This document shows, piece after piece, positions 19,450 through 28,116 of a stretch of 64,000 bases of DNA. Source of the DNA: an uncultured Roseicyclus sp. GTDB taxonomy: Bacteria; Pseudomonadota; Alphaproteobacteria; Rhodobacterales; Rhodobacteraceae. Each line of letters starts with the position of its first letter. Within the stretch, counting starts at the first letter, position 1. The stretch spans positions 59,959-123,958 of the forward strand of contig CAKZPN010000006.1 in NCBI GenBank assembly GCA_937139335.1, given 5' to 3'. The notes beneath the pieces were generated by a model that saw nothing but the letters and a program-made list of their open reading frames with translations, was not told the DNA's origin and did not search any database. Made by a program: the position numbers and the translations under genes.

Positions 19450-20445
19450 ATGAGCCTCGACAACTTGGACTGGATCGCCAACGACTTGATCCCGGACATG
19501 CGCCCGGTGATGTTTCGCATGGCGCGGGGCGGTACGCCCTTCGGCCTTGCTACCATTCTGGCCGATGACACCGGCCAACCCCCGGCCGGCGCCCAGATGG
19601 TGGTGACGCTGACGGACCGACACGGGATCCTCTTTGGCGGCGACTTCGACGACGAGATCGCCCGCCGGGCCAGGGCCGCAATCGTCGACGGCAAACCGCA
19701 CAGGCAGACCGGATCGCCCGCCGGCACCGTGCTCATCGAGCGCGTCGGACCCGACGATCCGGCGCTGCGCGAGTTGGAGGAGCTGACCCTTCTCAGGCAA
19801 CCGGTGCTCTGGAGCAGCGATGGCGAGACGCGAAGCTGTTCGGCAACGGATCGCTACACCGTCCTTCCCGCCGGAGACGATATGGCGCGTGTGATCTTCA
19901 AGCCGTATCAACGGCTTGTGGTGGTCGGGACCAGTGCTTTCGCTATGACGACCCTGCGCCTGGGCCTGAAGCTGAACTGGGAGGTCGAGCTGGTCGGCGC
20001 GAGGGAGGAGCAATTCGCGGCGTCGCTGCCGGGCCTGAGCACGATCAATTCATCGCCGGACCGGTTCCTCCAGGCCGCGCCACCGGACCGTTGGACGGCC
20101 ATCGTGGTTGCGAGCGGCGACGCCGACTCCGAGATCGCGGCTCTGGTGCCGGCCCTGCTGTCGCATGCGGGATATGTCGCGGCGACGGGGTCGCACGCTC
20201 TGGCGTCGGAGCGAAACGAGCGCCTGCTCGCGGCGGGCGTCCCCGCGGCGGCGATCAGGCGGCTCAAGACACCGACCGCACCCGGATCGGAGACGCGGGA
20301 CCCCTGGGACGTGGCGCAGGCGGTCACGACCGACATCGCCGCGCTGGACCGCAACGAAACGGCCCCGTTGGGCGGCGCCAACCGGAACGGCCGGAGCGCC
20401 CGACCCGGAGCGAGGGTCGCAACGGCGGCGTCGCGGGGTGCCTGA
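19450..20445 (+). CDS. xdhC: XdhC/CoxI family molybdenum-cofactor insertion accessory protein
   Basis: ATG at 19450 (MSLDNL...). N-terminal XdhC_CoxI-like region plus a Rossmann-like RLVVVGTSAFAMTTLRLGLKLNWEVELVGAREE block. Confidence 0.75.
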   Translation: MSLDNLDWIANDLIPDMRPVMFRMARGGTPFGLATILADDTGQPPAGAQMVVTLTDRHGILFGGDFDDEIARRARAAIVDGKPHRQTGSPAGTVLIERVGPDDPALRELEELTLLRQPVLWSSDGETRSCSATDRYTVLPAGDDMARVIFKPYQRLVVVGTSAFAMTTLRLGLKLNWEVELVGAREEQFAASLPGLSTINSSPDRFLQAAPPDRWTAIVVASGDADSEIAALVPALLSHAGYVAATGSHALASERNERLLAAGVPAAAIRRLKTPTAPGSETRDPWDVAQAVTTDIAALDRNETAPLGGANRNGRSARPGARVATAASRGA

Positions 20446-20460
20446 AACCGAGGTGACTGC

Positions 20461-21363
20461 TCAGCGGCGGCGTCCCAGTTCCGCCCCTAGGAAGTCGATG
20501 AACCGGCGCACCCGCGGCTCGAGCATCCGCCGGCTCGGGTAGAGCGCAACGATGCGGACGCTGCCGAGGCCGAGACCCGGCAAGACCCGCCTCAGCCGGT
20601 CCGCCGCAACATCTTCTTCTACAAGGAAGGACGGCAAGAGCGCTATGCCGAGCCCCGTCAGCGCCGCATCGCGGATCGCGTGGGCGCTGTTCATGCGGAG
20701 CCTGCCGCGGGCCGGCAGCTTTTGCATATCGCCGTCGCCGGTTTCGGCAGACCAGTCCTGGGTCTGCATCCGGCTTCGGAACATGATGCAATCGTGTCGG
20801 CCGAGCGCCGCCACATCAACGGGCTCCCCCTGCGCGTCGAGATAAGACGGCGCCGCGCAGAGCCAGACCGGATATTCCGCCAACACGCGCGACACGAGGC
20901 CCGAGGGCGCTGTGTCCGCCCCGATGCGGATGGCGAGGTCAAAGCCCTCCTCGACAATGTCGCTCGTCTGATCCGTGAATGTCACGTCCACCCGGACGTC
21001 GGGCCAGGTCGCAAGATACCGGCTCACGAGGGGGAGGATGGTTCCGCGGCCAAAGGCATCGGGCACCGTCAGCCGCAGAAGTCCGCGCGGTGTGCCGTCC
21101 TGGCCCGCGATACCCGCCTCGGCCTCCGCGATCGCGTCCAGCATGCGCAGGCCGCCCTCGAACAGGCGCTGCCCCTCGTCCGTCAGGCTCACCGAACGGG
21201 AATTGCGGTGCAGAAGGCGGGCCCCCAGACGCGCTTCCAGCCGCGCGACGGCCTTGCTCGCGGCCGAGCCGGTGATGCCCATGCTGCGGCCACCCCGCAC
21301 GAAGCTGGCGGCCTCGGCGACGGCCATGAAGACGACGATCTCGTTCACGTTGGTCGGCCGCAT
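20461..21363 (-). CDS. LysR family transcriptional regulator
   Basis: 300 aa with a wHTH (FVRGGRSMGITGSAASKAVARLEARLG) and a LysR substrate-binding domain. Confidence 0.9.
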   Translation of the reverse strand: MRPTNVNEIVVFMAVAEAASFVRGGRSMGITGSAASKAVARLEARLGARLLHRNSRSVSLTDEGQRLFEGGLRMLDAIAEAEAGIAGQDGTPRGLLRLTVPDAFGRGTILPLVSRYLATWPDVRVDVTFTDQTSDIVEEGFDLAIRIGADTAPSGLVSRVLAEYPVWLCAAPSYLDAQGEPVDVAALGRHDCIMFRSRMQTQDWSAETGDGDMQKLPARGRLRMNSAHAIRDAALTGLGIALLPSFLVEEDVAADRLRRVLPGLGLGSVRIVALYPSRRMLEPRVRRFIDFLGAELGRRR

Positions 21364-21469
21364 GGGGACATCTCCTTCCGATCAAGCCAGCGCAGGTCAA
21401 TCGCCTACGCGCGCGGCCCTGTTGCGACATGTGGCAGGTCCGGCGCGGACCCGCCACATGCCTTCGGCG

Positions 21470-22855
21470 TCAGTCGCTGTCCGCGACGTCGAGGCCGGTC
21501 CATTCCGCAGCGAAGGCCCACATGTCGGCGATCTCTTCGATCACCATGTATGTCGGCTTGCCCGCCCCGTGACCGGCGCGTGTCTCGACGCGCAGCAGAT
21601 GCGGCCGGGGTCCGATATCTCCATCCTGCAGCGTGGCGACATACTTGAACGAGTGGGCCGGGACGACCCTGTTGTCCGTATCGGCCGTCGTGGTGAGGAT
21701 GGCGGGATAGTGCGCGCCCTCCCGGATCGTATGCAGGGGCGAGTAGGCGAGAAGGGTGTGGAAGTCGACCTCGACGGCAGGGCTGCCGAACTCCTCCACC
21801 CACATTGCTCCGCTGGTGAAGCGGTCAAAGCGCAGCATGTCCAGGACACCCACGCCCGGCAGGGCCGCCGCGAAAAGGTCTGGCCGCTGGTTCACCACCG
21901 CCCCGACCAGCAACCCCCCGTTGGACTCGCCGTGGATGGCGAGCCCGTCCGGCGGGGTGATGCCCTGTTCGATCAGATAGACCTCCGGGGTCTGGATGAA
22001 CGCCGCGCCCGGCGGAGATGCGTGAACCAGCCGGTCCTCGGATTGCGGGGTGCCGAGGGCGTGGAAGTAGATCGCGTGGCCGTCGATCCCCGCGGTGAAC
22101 GCGGCACCGGCCTCCGGCTCGGGAAACCGCGAGTAGTAGAAGCCCGAGCCGTCCCCGGCCCAAGCGATCGTGGTGAACCGGGCCCATTCGATGGCGTCGT
22201 CCAGCATCTCGGCGGTGGATGTGTTCATCACCCGGATGGTCCGCCAGTCCGTCCCGCCGTCCTGCATGGCAAAGGCCAGATGCGTTCCATCGGCGGAGGG
22301 TGCCCATTCCGCCAGCGCCACCGTGCCGTCCTCGGACCAGGTGTTGGGGTCGATGAGGGTCCGGTTCGCACCCTCCGACCCCTCGCGGACCACTAGCTGC
22401 GCCTGATTGTCGAGGCCGCTGTTGCGGGTGAAGAAATACAGGCCATTCCGCTCGATGGGCGGGACCCACGTTTCTTGGTCGAAGATCGCCGTGAGGCGCC
22501 GCTGGAAGACATCGCGTCCGGCAAGACCGGCCAGATAGGGCGCCGACAGCGCATTTTGCGCCTCGACCCAGCGCGCGACCTCCGCGTCCTGGCGCGGGTC
22601 GTTCTCCAGCCAGCGGAACGGATCGGCGACAGTGATGCCGAAATGCTCCTCGGCTGTTCCGGTCTGCCGTGTATCGGGGTAGATCATCGGGGTTTCCTCA
22701 TTTGCCTGGACAGGGCCGGCCGAGATGAGCAGGGCCACAGCGGCCCCGCAGAGGGCCGGCCCGGTCAACACGGACCTGATCGTTAGTTTCAGCGTTCCAC
22801 CGCGCTGCACGCGGTCGGAAGCGCGCCCGGGCATCCGGGTCACTTTGTCTGTCAT
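21470..22855 (-). CDS. prolyl oligopeptidase (S9A) family protein with a large in-frame internal deletion
   Basis: ATG at 22855. Signal peptide, then ADPFRWLEND and propeller-start blocks. Near aa 285-290 the sequence jumps directly to ...YLIEQGITPPDGLAIHGESNGGLLVGAV...TTADTDNRVVP...RAGHGAGKP. It is 461 aa, versus about 700 aa for family members. Confidence 0.8.
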   Translation of the reverse strand: MTDKVTRMPGRASDRVQRGGTLKLTIRSVLTGPALCGAAVALLISAGPVQANEETPMIYPDTRQTGTAEEHFGITVADPFRWLENDPRQDAEVARWVEAQNALSAPYLAGLAGRDVFQRRLTAIFDQETWVPPIERNGLYFFTRNSGLDNQAQLVVREGSEGANRTLIDPNTWSEDGTVALAEWAPSADGTHLAFAMQDGGTDWRTIRVMNTSTAEMLDDAIEWARFTTIAWAGDGSGFYYSRFPEPEAGAAFTAGIDGHAIYFHALGTPQSEDRLVHASPPGAAFIQTPEVYLIEQGITPPDGLAIHGESNGGLLVGAVVNQRPDLFAAALPGVGVLDMLRFDRFTSGAMWVEEFGSPAVEVDFHTLLAYSPLHTIREGAHYPAILTTTADTDNRVVPAHSFKYVATLQDGDIGPRPHLLRVETRAGHGAGKPTYMVIEEIADMWAFAAEWTGLDVADSD

Positions 22856-22913
22856 GGTCTCTTTTCGCCGTTGGTTCGCGCCAGATGGCGCGGGCCCGTT
22901 GCGTCCGCCGCGG

Positions 22914-23513
22914 TCAGGCGACGGGATCGCAGATCGGGATGATGCAGGCTGTCCGGATCGCCGCGGCGATCCGGGCAGTGGCTTCCTCGGTCGTGATCTG
23001 CGCGCCGTCGTTGATGACGGACGAGCTGATCTCTTCATCGACCAGACGCATGCCCGCCGTGACGGCTGCCGCGCACAGTCTGACCTCGAAATCGTCCTTC
23101 GCGCGTGAGGCCCGTTCGGCGATGATCGAGACCAGTTCCATCTCCGACTCGTGGCACGCCATCAGCCATGCCGACCTCAGCGTCGGCTCTCGATGCAGGA
23201 TCGCCAGGATACGTATGGCGGCGATGCTGTCGCTGACGAATGTGTCGTCGGAAATGAAGTCGGTCATCGATCCTGCCAGAAACGTCTCGATGCTTTCGGT
23301 CTTCGGCCAGTGCCGGAGCAGTGCGACGAAGCGCAGTTCGCCGACCTTCAGCACGGGTTCAACGCAGGCTTCCTTGGACCGGAAGTAGCGCCAGACTGTC
23401 CGCTTCGAGATCCCGGCAGCAGCGGCGATATCATCGCCGCTGGTTGCGTCGAACCCGTTTTGCCAGAACAGCCTTGCCGCGTGACGCGACACGTCGAGCC
23501 GCGCCTCCTCCAA
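22914..23513 (-). CDS. TetR family transcriptional regulator
   Basis: 199 aa with a TTG start (uncertain). HTH region: ARLFWQNGFDATSGDDIAAAAGISKRTVWRYFRSKEA. Confidence 0.8.
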   Translation of the reverse strand: MEEARLDVSRHAARLFWQNGFDATSGDDIAAAAGISKRTVWRYFRSKEACVEPVLKVGELRFVALLRHWPKTESIETFLAGSMTDFISDDTFVSDSIAAIRILAILHREPTLRSAWLMACHESEMELVSIIAERASRAKDDFEVRLCAAAVTAGMRLVDEEISSSVINDGAQITTEEATARIAAAIRTACIIPICDPVA

Positions 23514-23599
23514 CCTCGAACCGTCGTTCAGTTTCCCGTCTCCAGCACTTCTCCGTGTCCCCGATCATCACGTAGCCAATGATCGCGCGAAACTCAAAT

Positions 23600-23896
23600 C
23601 TACCGGGCTTCGCGCATCTCCTGGGCGTTCCGCGCCATTTCCTGAGCGATCCGGGCCTGCTCCATGAAGAGCAGATGCTCGTGGTCGCGCCTCTGCTGTT
23701 GCTGCAACATGCATTGGGTGTGAGCCGACGATCCGTAGCTGGCGCCCATGGCCGCACATGCCTGACGATCCTGCTGTGCGTTCGCGGCGGTTTCTTGCGC
23801 GGGCGTCACGCAGCCGGCAAGTGTCACGGCGAGAAGTATGGCGAGGACGAGGGGCGCCGCGGTTCGGTGGAACGAGCGGCGTGGCAATCGTATCAT
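23600..23896 (-). CDS. small lipoprotein
   Basis: ATG at 23896 gives MIRLPRRSFHRTAAPLVLAILLAVTLAGC, with lipobox LAGC. The mature part is Gln/Ala-rich and helical. The longer ORF start at 23953 would cover the operator palindromes. Confidence 0.6.
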   Translation of the reverse strand: MIRLPRRSFHRTAAPLVLAILLAVTLAGCVTPAQETAANAQQDRQACAAMGASYGSSAHTQCMLQQQQRRDHEHLLFMEQARIAQEMARNAQEMREAR

Positions 23897-23947
23897 GAGG
23901 GGTATCCTTCGGGTCGTGTTGGGGCGTCGGCGCGGCGGTGCGATTTG

Positions 23948-23986
23948 TGTCACTTAGTGACAAAATGCATGTGGCACTAAGTGACA
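23948..23986. promoter_or_regulatory. two tandem 15-bp palindromic boxes (candidate TetR operators)
   Basis: TGTCACTtAGTGACA (23948-23962, perfect 7-1-7) and TGGCACTaAGTGACA (23972-23986, one mismatch), 24 bp centre to centre. They lie 52-90 nt upstream of the lipoprotein-TetR-peptidase gene string. Confidence 0.45.
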
Positions 23987-24032
23987 GTCGTTTCAAGAGG
24001 CCATCCGGTCTTGGAGCCGCGGCGGCCTGCCG

Positions 24033-24917
24033 TCAGCGGCTTGCCACGACTTCCATCACCGCTTCGGACAGGGCGATCACGGCGGCATTGCGGGTCGCGA
24101 AATCCGCGTCGGCGTCCGACAGGAACACCGCGATGAAGTAGGGGGCGCGGCCCGGCGGCGTCACCATCGCGACGACGTTCCGGTTGTAGTTGCCGCTGCC
24201 CGACCGGTCGGCGACCAGCCAGCCTTCAGGCGCGCTGGCCCGGATCAACGCGCCGGTGACGCCACCATGGCTCATCCAGTCGACAAGCTGTGCGCGCGAC
24301 TCCGGCGACAGGGCATCGCCGGCCAGCATCGCCTCCAGCGTCGACACCATGGCCGCCGGCGTTGTCGTGTCCCGCGGGTCGCCGGGCGAAAAGGTGTTCA
24401 TCTCCGGCTCGCGCCGATCGAGACGGCTGACCGGGTCGCCGATCTCGCGCAGGAAGGCGGTCACGCTCTCCGGGCCCCCAAGGCGGTCGATCAGGAGGTT
24501 GGCTGCCGTGTTGTCGCTCATGTCGAGCGTGGCGAAACACAGCTCACCGAGGCTCATCGTCTCCCCGACCCTGGTTTCGGTGACAGGGGCGTAGGAGAGA
24601 ATATCCTCTGCCGAGATGTCCAGTCGTTCTCCGAGGTCGAGGGTGCCTTCGTCCACCCGGTCCAGAACGGCGCCGCAGAGCATCGCCTTGAACGTGCTGT
24701 TCATCAGGAACCGCTCATCCGCCCGGTGACTGATGGACCAGTTCGACCCGGTGTCGCGGACCAGAAGTCCGACGCGGGCATCGAGCGTCTGTTCGATGCG
24801 TTCGATCGTTGCGGCGATCTGCAGTTCCGCGGTCTGGGCGGAGGCTGTCGCGCCAACGAAAAGGCCGAGGGCAAGCCCGGCGGCCAGGCGCGCCAGGGAA
24901 GTGGAGTGAGGGAACAT
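24033..24917 (-). CDS. bla: class A beta-lactamase with Arg at Ambler position 234
   Basis: ATG at 24917, with a signal peptide. STFK (S70), SDN (130-132), EPEMN (E166/N170) and RSG (234-236) all sit at spacings identical to Ambler numbering (S70 to residue 234 = 164 residues). Confidence 0.9.
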   Translation of the reverse strand: MFPHSTSLARLAAGLALGLFVGATASAQTAELQIAATIERIEQTLDARVGLLVRDTGSNWSISHRADERFLMNSTFKAMLCGAVLDRVDEGTLDLGERLDISAEDILSYAPVTETRVGETMSLGELCFATLDMSDNTAANLLIDRLGGPESVTAFLREIGDPVSRLDRREPEMNTFSPGDPRDTTTPAAMVSTLEAMLAGDALSPESRAQLVDWMSHGGVTGALIRASAPEGWLVADRSGSGNYNRNVVAMVTPPGRAPYFIAVFLSDADADFATRNAAVIALSEAVMEVVASR

Positions 24918-25103
24918 GTGTCCATCCTTATCTGTGCCGGACATGCCATAGCTGTCCCGCTCTTCGTGCGAAGGGCGCGTGCCGACCTGGTCTGATCCGG
25001 TGTTGAAGCGAGCAAGACATCATCTGATGTCACGTCGATCCCATACCAACGCGGTTTACGGCCCTCAAACGACAAAGTATCACCCGCTCCATTAGCTGGG
25101 GTA

Positions 25104-25979
25104 ATGACCATGGATCGACCGGACTTGCCGCTGAACGGCCTGCGCGTGTTCGAGGCGGCGGTGCGGCAAGGCAGCTTCACGCGCGCCGCCATCGAGCTGC
25201 GTGTCACCCAAGCGGCGGTCAGCCATCAGGTCGCGCGGCTGGAGGACCGGCTGGGCGTCACCTTGTTCCTGCGGACATCCGGGGGGCTGGTGCCGACCGA
25301 CGAGGCGCGGGTTCTCTACCCCGTTCTCGAACATGGTCTGGAGGCGATATCGCGCGCCCTGGACCGCATCACCGGGCACCGGCACATCGAATTGCTGAAG
25401 ATCGGCGTGGTAACCACGTTCGGGGTCGGGTGGCTCTTGCCGCGACTGCCCGAGTTTCGGCGGGCGCATCCGACCATCGACCTGCGCATCTCGACGAACA
25501 ACAACCGCGTCGAGATCCTGCGCGAGGGCCTCGACATGGCGATCCGCTACGGGAGTGGCACGTGGCCGGGCCTCTCGTCGGAACTGCTGGTCGAGGCGCC
25601 CCTCACGCCGCTCTGCGCGCCGGCGGTCGCCGAGTATCTGCAGGACCCGGACCACCTGAGCCGGGTGGTCCTGCTGCGCAGTTACCGCAACGATGAATGG
25701 CCGCGCTGGTTCGCCGAGGCGGGTGCCTCCTGTCCGCCTCTGACCGGGCCGATCTTCGATTCCTCCCTTGCCATGGCCGAGATCGCATCGGACGGGGCAG
25801 GGGTAGCGCTGCTGCCGGTGGACATGTTCGCGCGCCGCATCGCCGAGGGGCGGCTGGTCCAGCCCTTCGCGACCATGGTGTCGACCGGGGCATACTACCT
25901 GACATGGCCGGCAGACCGGGCGTCGACGCCGGCGATGACGGATTTCGCCAGATGGGCCCGCGCCGTGACCGGCGGGTGA
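25104..25979 (+). CDS. LysR family regulator, AmpR/GcvA-like, divergent from bla
   Basis: 291 aa with LNGLRVFEAAVRQGSFTRAAIELRVTQAAVSHQVARLEDRLG. A 186-nt divergent intergenic region separates it from the beta-lactamase gene. Confidence 0.9.
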   Translation: MTMDRPDLPLNGLRVFEAAVRQGSFTRAAIELRVTQAAVSHQVARLEDRLGVTLFLRTSGGLVPTDEARVLYPVLEHGLEAISRALDRITGHRHIELLKIGVVTTFGVGWLLPRLPEFRRAHPTIDLRISTNNNRVEILREGLDMAIRYGSGTWPGLSSELLVEAPLTPLCAPAVAEYLQDPDHLSRVVLLRSYRNDEWPRWFAEAGASCPPLTGPIFDSSLAMAEIASDGAGVALLPVDMFARRIAEGRLVQPFATMVSTGAYYLTWPADRASTPAMTDFARWARAVTGG

Positions 25980-26124
25980 CCGACGTGGCGCGCCCGGCGT
26001 GACACAGGAACCGCCCCAACGCCGGATCGGCGTCGGAGCGGTCGAAGGGCAGGGGTGGTATTCCCCGCCCGAAGGCGGCCGCATCCGGGAGGGCCTCGAC
26101 GCTGCCGCCATTGGGTGACGCATC

Positions 26125-27126
26125 TCACCGCCCGTTCAGAAGCCAGCCCGGGTATTCGATCGGCAACCGGCTCACTGCATCGAGATCGCGCATGTCCTGC
26201 TCGTCGAGGTCGATCTCCGTCGCCCGGATGTTCTGCTGCAGTTGCTCCACCCGCTTCGCTCCGACGATCACCGTCGACACGACCTGCTGTTTCAGCAGCC
26301 AGGCGATGGCGATCTGCGCGGGCTGGCTGTCATGTTTCCGCGCGACGGTGCGGAGAACTTCGATCAAGGGCTCGCCCCGGACGCGGTCGATGGGCGGAAA
26401 GTCGAGTTCCGCCTGGCGCGCGCCCTCGACACCGCTGCCGTCGGAGTATTTCCCGGTAAGGTATCCGCCGGCAAGCGGGCTCCAGACCATCAGCCCCACC
26501 TTCTCCGATGCCAGAAGCGGTGCGATCTCGCGCTCGAGGTCGCGACCCACAAGCGTGTAATACGCCTGCAGCGAAGTGATCGGCGCAAGCTGCCGCGCCC
26601 GTGTGATCCCGACGGCCTTCATGATCTGCCAGGCGGCCCAGTTCGACAGGCCGATGTATCGGACGTCGCCCGCGCGAACCAGCGTGTCGAGCGCCTCCAG
26701 CGTTTCCTCGATCGGCGTGGTCGGATCGAAGGCGTGGATCTGGTAGAGATCGATGTGATCGAGCCCGAGCCGCCGCAGGCTGGCGCGGGCTTGCGAGAGG
26801 ATGTGCTGACGCGAGGCCCCGCGCATGTTCGGGCCTTCGCCCATCGACGACGCGACCTTGGTCGCGATCACCACCTCGTCGCGCGCGACGCCGAGGTTCT
26901 TCAGCGATTGGCCCAGGATTTCCTCGCTGCGACCGTTGGCGTAGACATTGGCCGTGTCGAAGAGGTTGATCCCCGCATCGAGGGCCGCGGCGACGAGCGC
27001 GTCGGCCTCGTCCTGCCCCAATCGGCCGACCTGACCCCAGACCCCGTCGGTGCCCCCGAAGGTCATGGTGCCGAAGCAGAGTTCGGATACGAACAGTCCG
27101 CTGTTTCCAAGTTTGCGCATTCTCAT
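26125..27126 (-). CDS. aldo/keto reductase
   Basis: 333 aa: MRMRKLGNSGLFVSELCFGTMTFGG..., NLFDTANVY, DLYQIHAFD. GGAGA lies 6 nt upstream of the ATG. Confidence 0.9.
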   Translation of the reverse strand: MRMRKLGNSGLFVSELCFGTMTFGGTDGVWGQVGRLGQDEADALVAAALDAGINLFDTANVYANGRSEEILGQSLKNLGVARDEVVIATKVASSMGEGPNMRGASRQHILSQARASLRRLGLDHIDLYQIHAFDPTTPIEETLEALDTLVRAGDVRYIGLSNWAAWQIMKAVGITRARQLAPITSLQAYYTLVGRDLEREIAPLLASEKVGLMVWSPLAGGYLTGKYSDGSGVEGARQAELDFPPIDRVRGEPLIEVLRTVARKHDSQPAQIAIAWLLKQQVVSTVIVGAKRVEQLQQNIRATEIDLDEQDMRDLDAVSRLPIEYPGWLLNGR

Positions 27127-27200
27127 CTCAGGTCTCCAGGTTTGGGTTCGGGACGTTTCGACCGGCCCTCGCGGCTGGTCGGCATGTGTCGGGGGGTGCG

Positions 27201-27941
27201 TCAGGCATTCATGCCCCCATCGACGGTGATGACGGATCCCGTGACGAAGGATGACGCGGGGCTGGCCAGGAAAGACACGACATGCGCCACTTCCTCCGTC
27301 GTGCCGTAGCGCCCCAGCGGAACCAGGCTGCGAATGTGATCCGCAGGTTCGGCATCCGAGAGGTTCAGTTCCGTGTCGATCGGCCCCGGCTGCACCAGGT
27401 TCACGGTCACTTGGGCGGGCCCCAGCTCACGGGCAAGGCCGCGGGTGAAGGAATGATGCGCGGATTTGCTGAGACCGTACATCGTGACACCGGCGAAGGG
27501 CACGCGGTCGCCGCGCGTCGACCCGATCGTGATGATGCGTCCCCCGGCAGCCAGGTGCGGGATCGCGGCACGGGTCGTCAGAACGGTGCCGCGGATGTTG
27601 ACGTGCAGGATCGTGTCGACATCCTGCAGGCTCATCTCGGCCATATTGCCATGGCGGATCGTCCCGGCATTGTTGACCAGGATGTCGATGCCGCCGAGGC
27701 CCGCGACCGCATCCTCGACCAGTCGAGCGTTTGCTTCCGGATCGGCCGCGTCGGCTTGGACCGCCAGCGCGCTGCGCCCCATGGCCTTGATGGCGGTCAC
27801 GACCTTCAATGCGCGATCCGCCGACGCTTCGTAGCTTATGGCGACATCGGCCCCGTTTTTCGCGAGTGCGAGGGCGATCGCGGCGCCAATGCCTCTCGAC
27901 CCTCCGGTGACGAGCGCACGTTTTCCAAGCAGGTCGGTCAT
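27201..27941 (-). CDS. SDR family oxidoreductase (FabG-like)
   Basis: 246 aa with TGGSRGIGAAIA, NNAG and YGLSK motifs. Confidence 0.9.
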   Translation of the reverse strand: MTDLLGKRALVTGGSRGIGAAIALALAKNGADVAISYEASADRALKVVTAIKAMGRSALAVQADAADPEANARLVEDAVAGLGGIDILVNNAGTIRHGNMAEMSLQDVDTILHVNIRGTVLTTRAAIPHLAAGGRIITIGSTRGDRVPFAGVTMYGLSKSAHHSFTRGLARELGPAQVTVNLVQPGPIDTELNLSDAEPADHIRSLVPLGRYGTTEEVAHVVSFLASPASSFVTGSVITVDGGMNA

Positions 27942-28116
27942 TCCATGTCTCCGTAGCTGCAGTCGTTGGGGTCAGTCTCGCCGGCGCGCACAGCGGGTCA
28001 TCCCGGCCCGCTCTGCCCGTCGGTCGAGGTCAATCTGCGTGATGTCCGGGATCGCTGGCCGACTGCCTTCGCCGGCCAGCGATGCCTGATCGGGACGCCC
28101 CTTTCGGGACGGCCCC

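Noticed and set aside
23897-23953. Longer start (23953) for the lipoprotein ORF, and plus-strand ORF 23579..23980.
   Set aside because: The extension is Arg/Pro-rich, would place the signal peptide 20 residues inside the protein, and runs through the operator palindromes. The plus-strand ORF is antisense to the lipoprotein gene and has no motifs.
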